Part shown: piece by piece, positions 1-12,271 of the stretch
How the letters are laid out: each line of letters begins with the position of its first letter
How positions within the stretch are numbered: the stretch's first letter is position 1
Assembly (NCBI GenBank): GCA_000002445.1
Contig: CP000068.1
Coordinates: forward strand, 1,472,001-1,536,000
DNA from: Trypanosoma brucei
Taxonomy: Eukaryota
DNA: 64,000 bases
Direction of reading: 5' to 3'
Notes under the pieces: generated by a model
Told to the model about the DNA's origin: nothing
The model's input: only the letters and a program-made list of their open reading frames with translations
The model's database searches: none
Made by a program: the position numbers and the translations under genes

Positions 1-1242
1 AAATAAGCAACCTCAATGTATTTAAAAAAATTTGATTAGCAGTGGGTTGGTTTGCAAACATGTTATGTTGGACTGGCTTGTTTAAATTCAAACACTTGGA
101 ATTTAAAATTTTACAAACCAAATTTCTTGTCCACGTATCAAATTTCTCACCTACTTGTCAAGCGAACCAGCATTGTACAACTTTAAAAACCTTTAAAAAA
201 TATTACAATTATATATACAATTTTAATCTTTGCGTCCGATAGCCGCTTCTGTTTTATACAACTGCATACTTCTCAGTCGAAACTGTAACAAAGAAGTGGA
301 ACCACGCTTTTTCAAGAATAAAAACTGTCTTTTATTCCGTTCATCTTATTTCAGTTTACGTCTCTGGAATTTAAGAATTGGACATTTGCGTCCAGCAAGC
401 GTTTTTTATGCTTTGCTTTCGTCCATACGATTCTTTATGCCAGCATAAGGTTCAATATTCATGTGTATTGCTCGTTATTTAAATGATGTTTGCGGACGGC
501 GGTTCCACCAGCAGGTCTGTGTGGCACTGACGCTGCCAATTATCTATACTGTGTAAAGTTCCACCATTGCGTCATTTACGCATATTATAGGCAGTTTCAA
601 CATTTTTTTCTTCTTTTTACTATTCGCAATAATCTATTAGCAGTCCTCGTTACAAAAATTTCCCTCTCAAAAATGTTATATTGTTTCTCACAAATGTTAG
701 CCATTACTATAATTAATGAGAAAAAGACATTGACGACACCTCATTTTTACGCAATACCTCCTCTCTGTTTCTGCTTTTTCCTCTTCACAACTTGGAATTA
801 GAATCCGTCATAAGCCTATAAATCAAAGTCCATACCATCACAGCTGTTAAAACTATGCCCCTTTCTGCTAAATACACAACAGAATTAACTCATATGCTTC
901 ATTTGATGTATTATTTTCTTCTGCTTTGTGTTATAATTTCTTTTTACCAGGTATGTCTTTCCTTCTTGTCGTTTCATAGTTCTTGTTCTGTTACTGGGAG
1001 CAACGTAGAAATAAAACTTCCCACTGACACTGCTCTCACCGTTATCAAGTGCTTGTCCACAACGATCGCACTACTCGAGTTTGTGTTTCAAACTCCGGTT
1101 TTTCAATTTCCTTTTCCACTATCTTTGCCTGACGGTGATTTCTTTAATATGCCTCTTGTTGTCCCTTTCTTTCTTTCTTGTTCCTTACCTTAAAGTCATT
1201 TTCTATTACCGTTGCTTTATGTGTTTCTATTTCAACTGTGCG

Positions 1243-2045
1243 TTTAGTCTTTATTATTATCATTATTATCATTAATGTTATTACTGCTCTCATTATAATA
1301 TTCGTATATACACACTCACAACACTTTCCTATTATTATTATTACTATTTATACTATTACTGCTCTTATTATAATATTCGTATATACACACTCACAACACT
1401 TTCCTATTATCATTATTATCATTAATGTTATTACTGCTCTCATTATAATATTCGTATATACACACTCACAACACTTTCCTATTATCATTATTATCATTAA
1501 TGTTATTACTGCTCTCATTATAATATTCGTATATACACACTCACAACACTTTCCTATTATCATTATTATCATTAATGTTATTACTGCTCTCATTATAATA
1601 TTCGTATATACACACTCACAACACTTTCCTATTATTATTATTACTATTTATACTATTACTGCTCTTATTATAATATTCGTATATACACACTCACAACACT
1701 TTCCTATTATCATTATTATCATTAATGTTATTACTGCTCTCATTATAATATTCGTATATACACACTCACAACACTTTCCTATTATCATTATTATCATTAA
1801 TGTTATTACTGCTCTCATTATAATATTCGTATATACACACTCACAACACTTTCCTATTATTATTATTACTATTTATACTATTACTGCTCTCATTATAATA
1901 TTCGTATATACACACTCACAACACTTTCCTATTATTATTATTACTATTTATACTATTACTGCTCTTATTATAATATTCGTATATACATACTCACAACACT
2001 GTTCTATCATTATTACAATTATAACTATTATAACCCTAAACAATA
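1243..2045 (-). repeat. VSG-associated 70-bp repeat array, about 10.5 units of ~75 bp. Two unit variants occur in the order A B A A A B A A B B.
   Basis: Direct tandem units read 'tattat(c)attattat...gctctcattataatattcgtatatacacactcacaacactttcc'. The reverse complement matches the canonical T. brucei 70-bp repeat core GTGTTGTGAGTGTGTATATACGAATATTATAAT plus a TAA/TRR tract. Confidence 0.88.
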
Positions 2046-2254
2046 CCCATATATTAAAATTAATAAAATCAACCAAATTATAATACAGCTATATTTTTAT
2101 TCCCCATTACATTTTTTTGTACCTACAGGGCGCTATCATGACAATTTTTTAAATTTCACTAATTTAAACATTTCATCACATAAGTATTAAAATATATATA
2201 ATTTTATTCAAATAGCAAAGTTTTATAAAGTTTTATAAAATTGAGGAAAAATCT

Positions 2255-3420
2255 TTAAAATGATACTAAACTCACAAAATCAGCAGCCATCAGAGCAAAT
2301 TTCTTATTGAAGAGAAAACTCGATTTCTTGCACTTGCCTTCAATCCATCCGAAAGAGCTTTTTTATCTTTTGCAATATCACCTTTTACTGCAGCACATTC
2401 TTCAGCAGTTTTAGCAGCACAGCACTTCTCTGTTGGTGTTTTTTTGAGCTCCTGTCGTTTGAGGTGCTTGTTTTTCTAGCTTAACGGGTTAAATTTTGAA
2501 TTTTCTGTTTGCATCACTTTCAGATTGGTTCCACGCAAAGGGCCATTTGCAGGCTGTGTTAGTTTTATGCTTATTGCGGTCGGCTGCCGTTATGGTGGTT
2601 TGCGTAGGAATCGTGGGCACATTGGTTTGGGCAGGCTTCTTAGAGACAAAAAGCTTTCATCTGAGCCTCTACTGCTTTGACTTTTTAAAGAAGCGCCATC
2701 TCCCCCGCGCTTGCCGCTGCCAGTTTCTCGATTGCCGCTGCGGCTTTGCTTATCTCATTCGCCCACGCTATGCCCTTGCTGTCTTTTACCATGTCGTTGT
2801 AATCAATACAAATGCATGTAGATTGCGTAGTCTTGCCGGACGAAGCACTGGCACAGGACGGGGCCTGACCGTTTTTTATTATGTACCGCCCGATTATATT
2901 TTTCCTGTTTGCTTGAAGGCCCGTTCCGTCTAGGTTTCCAGCCGTTGCGCTGCCACAGTTTGAACTGCCGCTGGCGAAAAAGTTGCTGACTGCTTGTGTG
3001 AGGGTAGACGGTGAGAGCTCTAGCGGCCTCGGTGAGACCAGTTTTTCACACTGCGCTTTGATGCCGCTCCACAAAGTCCCTAGAGTCCCCTTGGATGTCG
3101 CGCCACTCAGGTTAGCCGTTCCTATGTTGCCGCTGCTTGCACAGGCGTCGTATGCTGCGCTTGCTGATTTGGTGCAAAGGCATATTGCGTCCGCTGCCAA
3201 TGCTCTGCTTGCACCGGTTAATGTTGTTGGTGGCTTCGCGCATTCGCTGTCTCGCATGTTGGTTCCCGTCCATGATAAAGTTGTTGACAGGTCGGATTGA
3301 AAGTCGGCGTCGGGGTCTGTTGTGTCTGCAAACCCCACCACGACAGTTTCACGATAAAGCGCTGTCACCATATGTTTTTTTTTTCTCGCCGCCGCAGCTT
3401 AGTTTCTTGTTGGTGAGCTA
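2255..3420 (-). pseudogene. VSG: VSG pseudogene. The C-terminal domain is frameshifted and the N-terminus is not intact.
   Basis: ORF 2685-3371 has VSG N-domain character ('ICLCTKSASAAYDAC...'). The reverse complement of 2255-2470 encodes 'KCCAAKTAEECAAVKGDIAKDKKA...SFLFNKKFALMAADFVSLVSF*' in a different frame. A 3'UTR with a 16-mer-like motif lies at about 2184. Confidence 0.75.
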
Positions 3421-4767
3421 CGTCAAAAGCGGTTCGTATGTCCTCTCATTTGTTTGCTAGTTTTGCCATCGGTTGCCGTAGGTGCTGTCGCGTCGTGGTT
3501 GGTGGTAGTGGAATATCATTCTCCTCTCTGAATTATTTTTTGTTTGTCCCATTAGGGTCTTGTAACTAGACTTCATATCGTCGAACTGCTTTTGGTCTTT
3601 GAAATGAGTTTTCTGTGGCGTTTTCTGGCTGACTTGTTCCCATTCACTCTCTGTTCCTGTGGCTGAAAGGATTGCTTCGACCTCGTCTGGGATTGTCGTT
3701 AGGCTTAAGAGAATAAAGTTCGATTGAACTGCTCCTGTCTGCTTCCGTGAACTGTTGGTTTCTTTTTTTGCACTTTTATGCTGTACCGGTTTGCTCGGCG
3801 CCCGTTGATAGATCACGCATATGTCCTTGAATTCTATGGAAATTTCACCTGCTACTCTTACCCAGATGCCGCGAAAACGGTAGAAAATGTCAGTTTAAAG
3901 AAAATAGTGTCGTTGTGGAAGTTGGACTGCTGATTAAAAGGAAAAGAAACAAGCCGCATAAAGTTAGAAATATAAAACTACTTAAATACTGAGGAAAAGA
4001 CCCGAAGCTTGTATAGGATTCGGCTTGATAGTTATTGTGGTCCTATAAAAACAGCTATCAGTAAAGACAAGTAATCTTCATATTAAAGCCCAATCTATAT
4101 CATTATATATATATATCTCAAGCATTTTCACTTATGGTTGTTTTTGGTGCCTAATGTTGCCTAACTCCCATTACTTGAAGTTGGTTTAAATGACGATATA
4201 ACGGTGAAGCTTCACCCTTGCGCACGACTTTGACCATTCGTTAACACATAGGCTTCCTGGAACTCATAGTAGTTTTTAATATGGATGTCTATGATTTTTT
4301 CGCCATTTTTGGTACTATCGATGCCGCACAAGTGTGCATTCTTGTATAAATGAGAAGTTCCCTGAATGGGATAAACGTTTTTCTATCGATTAAAAGAGGA
4401 TAAGACGAGTATCATTCGAAACATTTTGTACTTTAGAAAGCTCTTCTGTGTTTTCCAATGCGCGCTTTTCTAACTTCTGCTGTCCTTTTTCCTTGCAGTT
4501 TACTCAACAGCATCTCCCTTTGCTGTCTTTACATGGAACTTTGTAGCTGAACTTTCTCGTACTTTGCTGTGTGCTTATCCACTCTCGAAGTCTACAAATT
4601 TTTGCGCCTTTTTGTACCTTTTTTATCGTAGCGTTTGAAAGTGCATAAAATTAGTGCATCTCTCTGTATTTCTACTTATTCTGACTCAATTTTATTGCAC
4701 ATTTCCTTTACTCCGTACTTCTATTTTGTACATGTCCATGGTATCATATACAAATCCTTTAAAAATA

Positions 4768-4850
4768 TTAGCATGTATACTTTTACAACACATTCATATC
4801 AATATAATAATTACTGTTTCTGTTATAACCCTAACACTAATATCCACAGC
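4768..4850 (-). repeat. Degenerate single 70-bp repeat.
   Basis: 'gcatgtatacttttacaacacattcatatcaatataataattactg' is weakly similar to the 70-bp core. It is followed by the conserved cassette-boundary motif 'ataaccctaacactaatatcc...aaattataatagcactcattttt'. Confidence 0.45.
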
Positions 4851-5065
4851 ATAAACTAAATAAACAAATTAGAAAATTATAATAGCACTCATTTTTAATA
4901 CAATATCAGACAAATACTTTGAACCCATAGGTCACAGTTATGCATATTTCAAATTTCCATAATCTGCGCAACTTGAAAAGGTTTTACGAAAGGATTAAAA
5001 TATATCATATTTTAGAAAATATAATAAATTTCATAAAATTTAGCAAACATCTTTTAAAAATTTGA

Positions 5066-6568
5066 TTATAGAATCAAAAATGCAAGCAAAAGATGGGCCT
5101 TCATAAGAGCAGAAATGATAACAGTTCCCTCTTTAACTTTGCACTGTTTGTTTTCTGCGTTCCAATCGCACTTTTTCGTGTCACAATCTTTCTCTTCAGT
5201 GGCTGTGCAAACCTCGGCTTTATTTTGCTCTTCTTTCTTATTTTCTGCTTTATCTGCTGCATCTGTTTTGCCGTCTCCTTTGGGACTGTCCCCTCCTGAA
5301 CCAGCTGCTGTCTTTTTGAGGTTAAGCGCATAGTAATAAGCCATGGCTTCGTTGTAATGTTCTGCCGCAATCGTGGTTGTAGGCCCTGTTATTGGTTTGT
5401 CACTTGTTGGAATTGAATTGCTGTCACTTTCTAGAGGCTTTAAAAACTTTGTCCCTACATCCCCTGTGTCCTTTCCGAATATTAGTTGTGCTACTGTTTT
5501 TGCATCTGCTTGTTCTGTTGGCCGCTTAGTTGTGCCTTTGGTTAAAAAGTCGTAGGCGGCTCTAGCCGTTGGCGTCTGAGCTAAGTCTACTAGAGCTTCT
5601 TTATCTAGAGGCTTCGGTGGTACGCTATAGGCCTTTTGTGCTGCCCTGATTGCTTGTGCGAGCAACTTTTCGCTAATGATCCAGCACCGTTCGTCGGAGT
5701 TTGCTGGTTGAATGTCTGCATCTTCCGCGCCGTCGGCTGTTGTTTCTAAGTTTATTGTCTTTGGCGTTATCGCCGACGTGCTGTACGTGATGGCCGTGAG
5801 TGCCAGTCCCTTTGTTGCAGCTGACGCGGTTTGCGCTGAGCCGTTGTCGCTGCAGTGTGTTGGCGTTGTTCCAGTGATCATTCCTGCCGAGTGCGTTACG
5901 TCGCCTATGCCTTCGATTACGCCCGTGGCCTTTGCTAGTTTGAGCTGTTTTGAAGACACGACTTTTATGCTTTTGAGTGTTTTTAGCTCTGCCGCAACTT
6001 TTTGGGCGGCTCTAAAGTGTGGTTTTTGGCCGGCGCACGACGACTTCAGCGTCGCGCCTGGAGTTGCTGAGACTCCGCATCTAGCCGTGTTGGCTTGGTT
6101 TTGCGTCAGCACTGTGCCGCCTTGGGTTTGCGCGGCGTGCTGGTACTGCAGTGGTCCTGCCGGTACCGTTAGTTTCAGGATCGCCAGAGCGCTCGCTCTG
6201 CGCCCCGCGACAGCCGCCAGGGCTGTCGTTACTGCCGCCGCCCGCGTGCTTGCTACTTTCGCCGCTTATTTTGCTCGCTGTTCTACCTCAGCTACCAGCA
6301 CCTCGTAAGCGACTTCCTTACTCGTGCCGGCGGCTTTTGCTTTTTCTAGTCTTAGCAGCTGGTTTTGCTCTTCGAGGCGCTCGGTCACTGCCGCCGCAGC
6401 CGTCACCCATGCAGCTAGTTCCGTTTCGATCGCTTGGTAGTAAACGTCTAGTGTACAGGCTTCTGTTGCTGCTGCATTAGCTTCGGTTTCTCCAGATTTT
6501 ACTCCCTGTGCCCCACTGGGTGCGGGCAGCGCCGCAACTAATGTTATTAAAATTAGAGTTTGTTCCAT
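5066..6568 (-). pseudogene. VSG: VSG pseudogene, frameshifted between the N-terminal and C-terminal halves.
   Basis: ORF 5066-6112 ends '...CDTKKCDWNAENKQCKVKEGTVIISALMKAHLLLAFLIL' (C-terminal domain plus GPI signal). ORF 6266-6568 encodes a signal peptide and N-terminus 'MEQTLILITLVAALPAPSGAQG...' in another frame. A 16-mer-like 'ggattaaaatatatca' lies at 4991-5006. Confidence 0.8.
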
Positions 6569-8139
6569 TGGAGGAGATCTGGTGTAGCTGACCTCTTATT
6601 ATTAAATGTTTTTGCCGCCCTTCTGAAATCGAAGCTCGTGTTTTTACCTATCCTGTGTTAGTATCACTCAGAATTTAAGATATTTGAGAAAACAGTCTTT
6701 ATAAAGGCGCTTTTAGACCGCTACGGTTCTGCCCTTAAAAGAATACTTCGTTAGAGGACAGCCACAATGTGGCTATGGTTTCCCGATGAAAGAAAGGCCA
6801 GTTGTAGTTGCTTACGGTCGGCCATTATTAGAGTTAGTCTCAACACTTCTCACGTTTTGTAAAAATTACAAAAAAAATCAGTTTACATTTCTCTCTATTC
6901 CCCCTATCCTTTTTATTCTGTCTATTCCACATTCCACATTCCTCCAACTCCAACACTTCCATTTCAAAGCACTACAAAAAAGCTTCTACATCCACCATTT
7001 CCCTCAGCACAAGTTGAGCAGCTGATTTAGCTTCTTTTGTATCTAACTCTGACTAAAGTGCGGTTTTTTTCAGCTGTATGAGTTTCTGAACTCCTTTCCA
7101 CCTGGATTTTGGTCGATATGCGTAAAGCTATTGTCGCAGTTAGATTGGACTCTTAGATTGCTTGTTTTTTTAATTCGCTGTGACTTTATACGCTCTTGTT
7201 GTTGTCGGATACACTGCTGTTTGGTTTCGGCTTATATTGGCGTAATTTTGCCGTATAACTTATTATTGACAGGTAACGGTTTGTCGTGTAAGCCAATTAC
7301 CAAGTCAGCTCCATTTATAAATTTAAAACCCGTTTTTGTTGCTTTCTTTTAAATTACAATCTATTTCTCATCTATTTTATGAGCATTCACATCTCTGCCT
7401 CTATAAACAATTTAATAACTTTCCATAATTAAAGCGCCTATCATTTGTCCGTTGCACTTCGTTCCATTCTATCATCTTCTGCATCTTTTTCTTTGACTCA
7501 ATAACCAGCTAACAATGTCAGTTCTGACGCACACGACTGTTTTTTTCATTCTTTCTTGATCTCCTGGTCCGTTGTAGAACATTAACGCTTAACCCGTGGT
7601 AATGTGATACTATTCTCCAAATTTCTTATCTTTTGAGACTTATTTACTTTCTCTAGTGGGTGAAGATATTCCTTTTTCCTAATATAGAGCTTTGAATCAT
7701 TGAGTGCGGTTAGTGTTTTGCTTCTAGAACAGTATATAACTGTAGTCGTGCTCCTAAGCTACTCTTCGTATCTCATAACTGTCACCTAATGACTCATATA
7801 AACACTATTTAACAGTTTCCGCGTTTTTATTCTTTTTTAAAGGAAACAGTAATCTGTAAGTAGTCCTAATTTTATAACTCTCTTCACGATAAAATTATTT
7901 CGTTTTCCATAAAAATTGGTAATTGTTACTATAGCTGATAAGCAAATGACTTTGACGTTCCCTGACACGCACTTACACAATACACTTTATCTGTTTTTAC
8001 TTCTTATATTTTTTCTATACATCGAGACATTATAATTCACGATAATGTTTACAGCCACAGTCCCCTACGTCTTCGATGTTGTATCTATACATTTTTAGTG
8101 AAATACGTGGTATTGTCTCCTCCTGTACATCAGCTCTTT

Positions 8140-8485
8140 GCACATTTATTTTGCCTATCCAGCCGTTTCATTGCATAGGTTCCTCCTGTCGTGTTTCACC
8201 GCTTTGCCTACAGATAATATAGTGAGCCCATTTGGCCTCTACACTGAATTTTCTCCCTCCCTCATTGTTCCATTCAACATTCTCGTGTTTACCGCCTACC
8301 ATCTTCATGCTTGTGCACAAGCATCCACATATGCCATCTTTTACTCCCTCTGCTCCTTTCTCTCTGTTTTTTCTTTGAAAATATTCCCCGTGCTCATCCA
8401 CTCACTTTCACTTACTTAGTTGCCCCTACTGCATCCTTTCAATTGCCTTAAATGATTTAATTTCAATATTCCATTTAGTTTTCAC
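8140..8485. repeat. Conserved cassette element lying directly distal to the 70-bp repeats (one family member).
   Basis: It contains 'gcccatttggcctctacactgaatt' and ends near the 70-bp repeat. It is homologous to 15000-15250, 39830-40185, 44075-44400, 48180-48420 and 62040-62300 through the motifs 'CCATTTGGYT(Y)GYACACTGTAYT', 'ATAATGAYGACCAT' and 'TGTGCATTTAGTCTTCC'. Confidence 0.5.
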
Positions 8486-8489
8486 CGCT

Positions 8490-8590
8490 AGTATAATATT
8501 AGTATATTCACACTCACAAAGGACTAGTATCATTATTATTATTATTTTAATTGTTATCCTTATAATTATCATAACAATACCTAATATCCA
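8490..8590 (-). repeat. Degenerate single 70-bp repeat.
   Basis: 'tataatattagtatattcacactcacaaaggactagtatcattattattattatttt'. Confidence 0.6.
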
Positions 8591-8824
8591 TAAAATAGAT
8601 GGAAGACCCTAGATTATAATGGCACTAAATTTTTCATATCCTACCACTCCACTACTTTCAACCTATAGTGTACATTGATGTGCATTTCACGAAATATTCA
8701 AAATTCAAAATTCAACATTTTAACAATTTGCAAATGTTTGAAAAATGTGCTAACATATCTCAATTTTTAACAAAATTTTATAAATTTCCTGAAAAAAAAT
8801 ATTTATAATATTTTGTAACATTCT

Positions 8825-10270
8825 TTAAAAATTTAATGGTAGTAGCCGCAATGCCAGCAAAAGAGGTGCCTTGTTAATAATAAAAGAATTGTTTCCTGTG
8901 GTGTTTGTGGTTCCAGTTTTTCCATCTTTTTCTCCTGTTTCTTCTACTGCTTTAGGTTCGCACTTGCCTTTATCATCAGTGCCTTTCCATTCGCATTTTT
9001 TCGGGTCACAATTACCTTTGGGTTTATCTTCGCACTCATCTGTAGCCCTGGAGAGTTCTCCCTGTCCCTTGACAGGTCGCGACTGGCCTACTTGCGTGAT
9101 AAGTGCCTCCTCCCTTTCTACTGTTTCGTATACACGTTGTGCTTGTCTAAGGACTTTTTGAAGTTGGGTTCCCGTGGCCTTTTTTTCTCTTACAGCTCTT
9201 TCCCCTTCGGCGACCGTGTCAGCGGCGGCTAATAGCTTGTGCAGCCAGTTGTCTGTGCTTACTGATGCAGACGCTGTGGCCGCTGAAATGCCGGTAAAAT
9301 CAACACAACCCTCGTTGGCGACACTGCGGCAGTCGCCATTTGTTGGTTCGCTTCCGTAGTAAATCAGGGCCCCGCCGGCTTCGCCCTTCGTTTTGAGCTT
9401 TGCTTTGAACGCTGTCACTAGGCTGCGGATGTGTGATGCTGTAAGTCGCTGCTGTGGTGTCTGTGTGCACTTGTTGTGGATTGTTTCGTAAATAGTTCCT
9501 ACGTTGGTTGATCCATCGAACGTTAGCGCCGTCGTTGTCGTGGCTTTCCTGCATAGCTCACCGCTCGTTTGAGTTCCGTCTTTGGCGCAGAGGCAGACAG
9601 CTGTGCCACATACCGCCGCTGCGGCCGCCGTTACTTTGCACGCCGTCTGACGGTTGCTCGGCATCGCTACCTTGCATCTTTTGTTTTGCGCCGCTGGCTC
9701 TGCTCCTGCGCCAAAAATGGCTTCCTGTATTTGCGCTTTTTAGGCTGCTTTCGCTGCTGCGATAATCGGTTTAATTCTAGATTTGTATTGCTCGACTAGC
9801 GCCGACGCTTCCGCTAGAAGTGTGCTGAGCTGCATCCTGGCTGCCGCTCCGGCTGGGCTTACGAGCTTATCCGTGGGGATGAGAGTTTTTGTTGGCAGAG
9901 AGTCCGCTTTGGCTGCCGCTACAGCGGCCTTTTTCCAGGAGTTCCATTGGGTTATGCATTGCTCTTTCGGTTTTGCTTCTTTGCAATAATTAGGATCTTC
10001 TTCGTCTGGTATGATCTCTTTAGGGAACATCACCTGCCACATTGGTAAGCTTAGTGACATGTTGATCTTTTCTAGTTCTGTATGCTCCATTGTTTGAAGA
10101 TCGCTGTCGTCGAAAGCTGATGCGTCGTCGGTGTGAAGGTTGATTACGTGACAAAGAAGCTCCAAATCTGCTACGTTCTTGGCATTGGCCTCATCCGCCT
10201 GAGCATATTGATTATAACACACGCACGCTGCTGTCACTATGATGACAGCTGTTGTTATGCAGTGAAACAT
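8825..10270 (-). pseudogene. VSG: VSG pseudogene with an internal frameshift.
   Basis: ORF 8825-9664 ends '...KGNCDPKKCEWKGTDDKGKCEPK...NSFIINKAPLLLALRLLPLNF'. ORF 9740-10270 'MFHCITTAVIIVTAACVCYNQYAQADEANAKNVADLELLCHVINL...' is the signal peptide and A-type N-terminus. Confidence 0.8.
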
Positions 10271-12002
10271 CTAGGGTTACGTTGGTTCCTAAGTCGGGCA
10301 ATTTAATTTCTTGTAATGGCGTTGATATATGTTTGTTTCTAAGCAGGATTTCCTGGTGCTGAAATGGGTTTAGTGTGTTATAGAAGTTTTGTGTTCCAGT
10401 TATATGAAGTTCTGGTGCATATTATCTTAATTATCACCTGTGTGGCATAGTAATCTTTTACAGCGCCACCATTGCTGTTGTTAGTAAGTGTTGAATGTTC
10501 GATAAATTAATTCCATCATCAAATACTGATGTCTGTGTTGCGGAGAAGAATAACTTGTCGCCACAGCATGATTTTTCCTAGTTTCTTCAGTTTATTGTGT
10601 ATGCATTATTCTGTGATATTTTCATTTGTATGCTTCAGCAATGTTGTCTGGTTTATGCCGTAGGCGTCTTTCTATTGTCTGAACAGTTTTTTTTGCCCAA
10701 ATGCTAATTTATACCAATTTATGAAATTATAATATCTGTCAGCTTCAAATCTATTGAATTGCGTTTGTCCGGCTGAACGTCGAAGTGTGTTATTTCCTTT
10801 CATAAATTAAGGGGATACTTGTATTTACAAAGCCAGTTGCAATTCCGGTTGATTGCTTATATCTTTTGGAATGTTCCCTTTATTCAAAGATTTGTATTTT
10901 AACATATAAAATGCCTTGGCCACGAAACCTTTGGTGTTGGGCTGCTTGCACTCGGTTAACAGACTGCTAGAATTATGTCTGTACACACAAATTCTGCTTC
11001 GAGTTGTGCTGTAGATTTCGCCTATTCTTGTGTAAATACGCTTGGCACACCTTTTATGATCGCTGGTGATTTCTGGTTGCGCTAGAGTTCACAGTATAGC
11101 GTCGGCTGTTTCTTCGACGCTATGTTGTGCTAGAACATCGCTGTGTATTTTTATGTTAGTTTGTCGGCACATATGGATGGGCTACAAAAGAGTTTCTACC
11201 GATAAAGCGCTTGCGTTTCTTTTTGATGGCTAGTCGTTTTTAACCGCGTCCTCATTTCTTCTCAAATCTCTATTAAGTTTTCCAGCATTGCTTTTTGTCA
11301 CTTAAATAAACGGAACGCTGTAGGGGGATAAACTGTTTGTGGCACATGGCTGCATTTTCGTGTGCTCTGCATGTGAGGTTTGATCCACTTGAATTATTCT
11401 AAGTAATCTCATTTGTAATCTTATAAATTTGTTATTTTTTCTACATTTTCTGGGTTTCTTGCGGTTCAGTACCGAAAATACTAAAACTTCAGTTACAACT
11501 AACAGCACTTTCATTTTTCTTAAGTGAAATATGCACTAATAGTTACCGTCTCCACACTATTTTGCAATGCAATAACAACTTTATCGTTGCTTTTTATTTT
11601 ATACTTTGACGCACTTTTCCTCTTAGGGCCAGTATTTTTAAATTTGTTGTTAGTTCTTGTACTTTTCGCAGGATTGGGTTAGGTCACCTTCTGTTTGTTT
11701 GGGTACTTGTGTTTTTATCTAGTTTATACGGTGGCGGAAAGACTTTTAGACTATTTGTAAAGTTTTCCTCTTACAAATTAACTGCATATTTAGATACGTA
11801 TATTATTATTTTACTCCATATTATCTTTTATTCCTTTTTGTCTCCGATTCTGCTTCTTCTGATAACGGACCGACACCATTTGGAGATACGCTGGACTCCG
11901 TCTCTCCATTACAGTCTTCTTCATTATCTGTTTGTGCATAATGATTTAGATCATCATATTTTGATGTCTAAACTACGCATATGTTATTTCTCTCTTTTTT
12001 CT

Positions 12003-12092
12003 AACTTTATTATTATAATAAACGTATATACACACTCACAACACTCTCCTATTATTGTCATTATTATTATTATTAGACCACTATACATCAAA
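12003..12092 (-). repeat. Single 70-bp repeat.
   Basis: 'ataataaacgtatatacacactcacaacactctcctattattgtcattattattattatt'. Confidence 0.7.
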
Positions 12093-12271
12093 TATACAAA
12101 AAATAAACCAAATTATAATAGCACTCATTTTCCATATCTGACACTCTCTTACGTAGGATCTTTAGACTACTGTCATACTTATTTTGACCCAGAAGCGTTA
12201 TAATATATTAAATTTTCTCAAATTAGGAAAATTTTCAAATTTTTATAATTTTGAGAAAAATTCTTATAGTG

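Noticed and set aside
1178-2083. 301-aa + strand ORF (and the 81-aa minus ORF at 1348-1593) with repetitive 'IIIIFVYTHSQHFP' translation
   Set aside because: It lies entirely within the 70-bp tandem repeat array. The stop-free frame is a by-product of the repeat, and the periodic protein sequence mirrors the DNA repeat.
3457-3816. 119-aa minus-strand ORF upstream of VSG 2255-3420
   Set aside because: It has no VSG or other family signature and is basic/low-complexity. It lies where the missing N-terminus of the adjacent VSG pseudogene should be, so it is probably a degenerate remnant or a chance ORF.
5712-6308. + strand ORFs antisense to VSG genes (e.g. 5712-6308, 12309-12935, 12883-13557, 21096-21620, 46627-47124, 49665-50267, 56077-56613, 59655-60122)
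   Set aside because: Each lies fully inside a recognisable minus-strand VSG reading frame. Their Ala/Ser/Val-rich composition is what antisense of GC-skewed VSG codons gives, and there is no independent evidence of coding.
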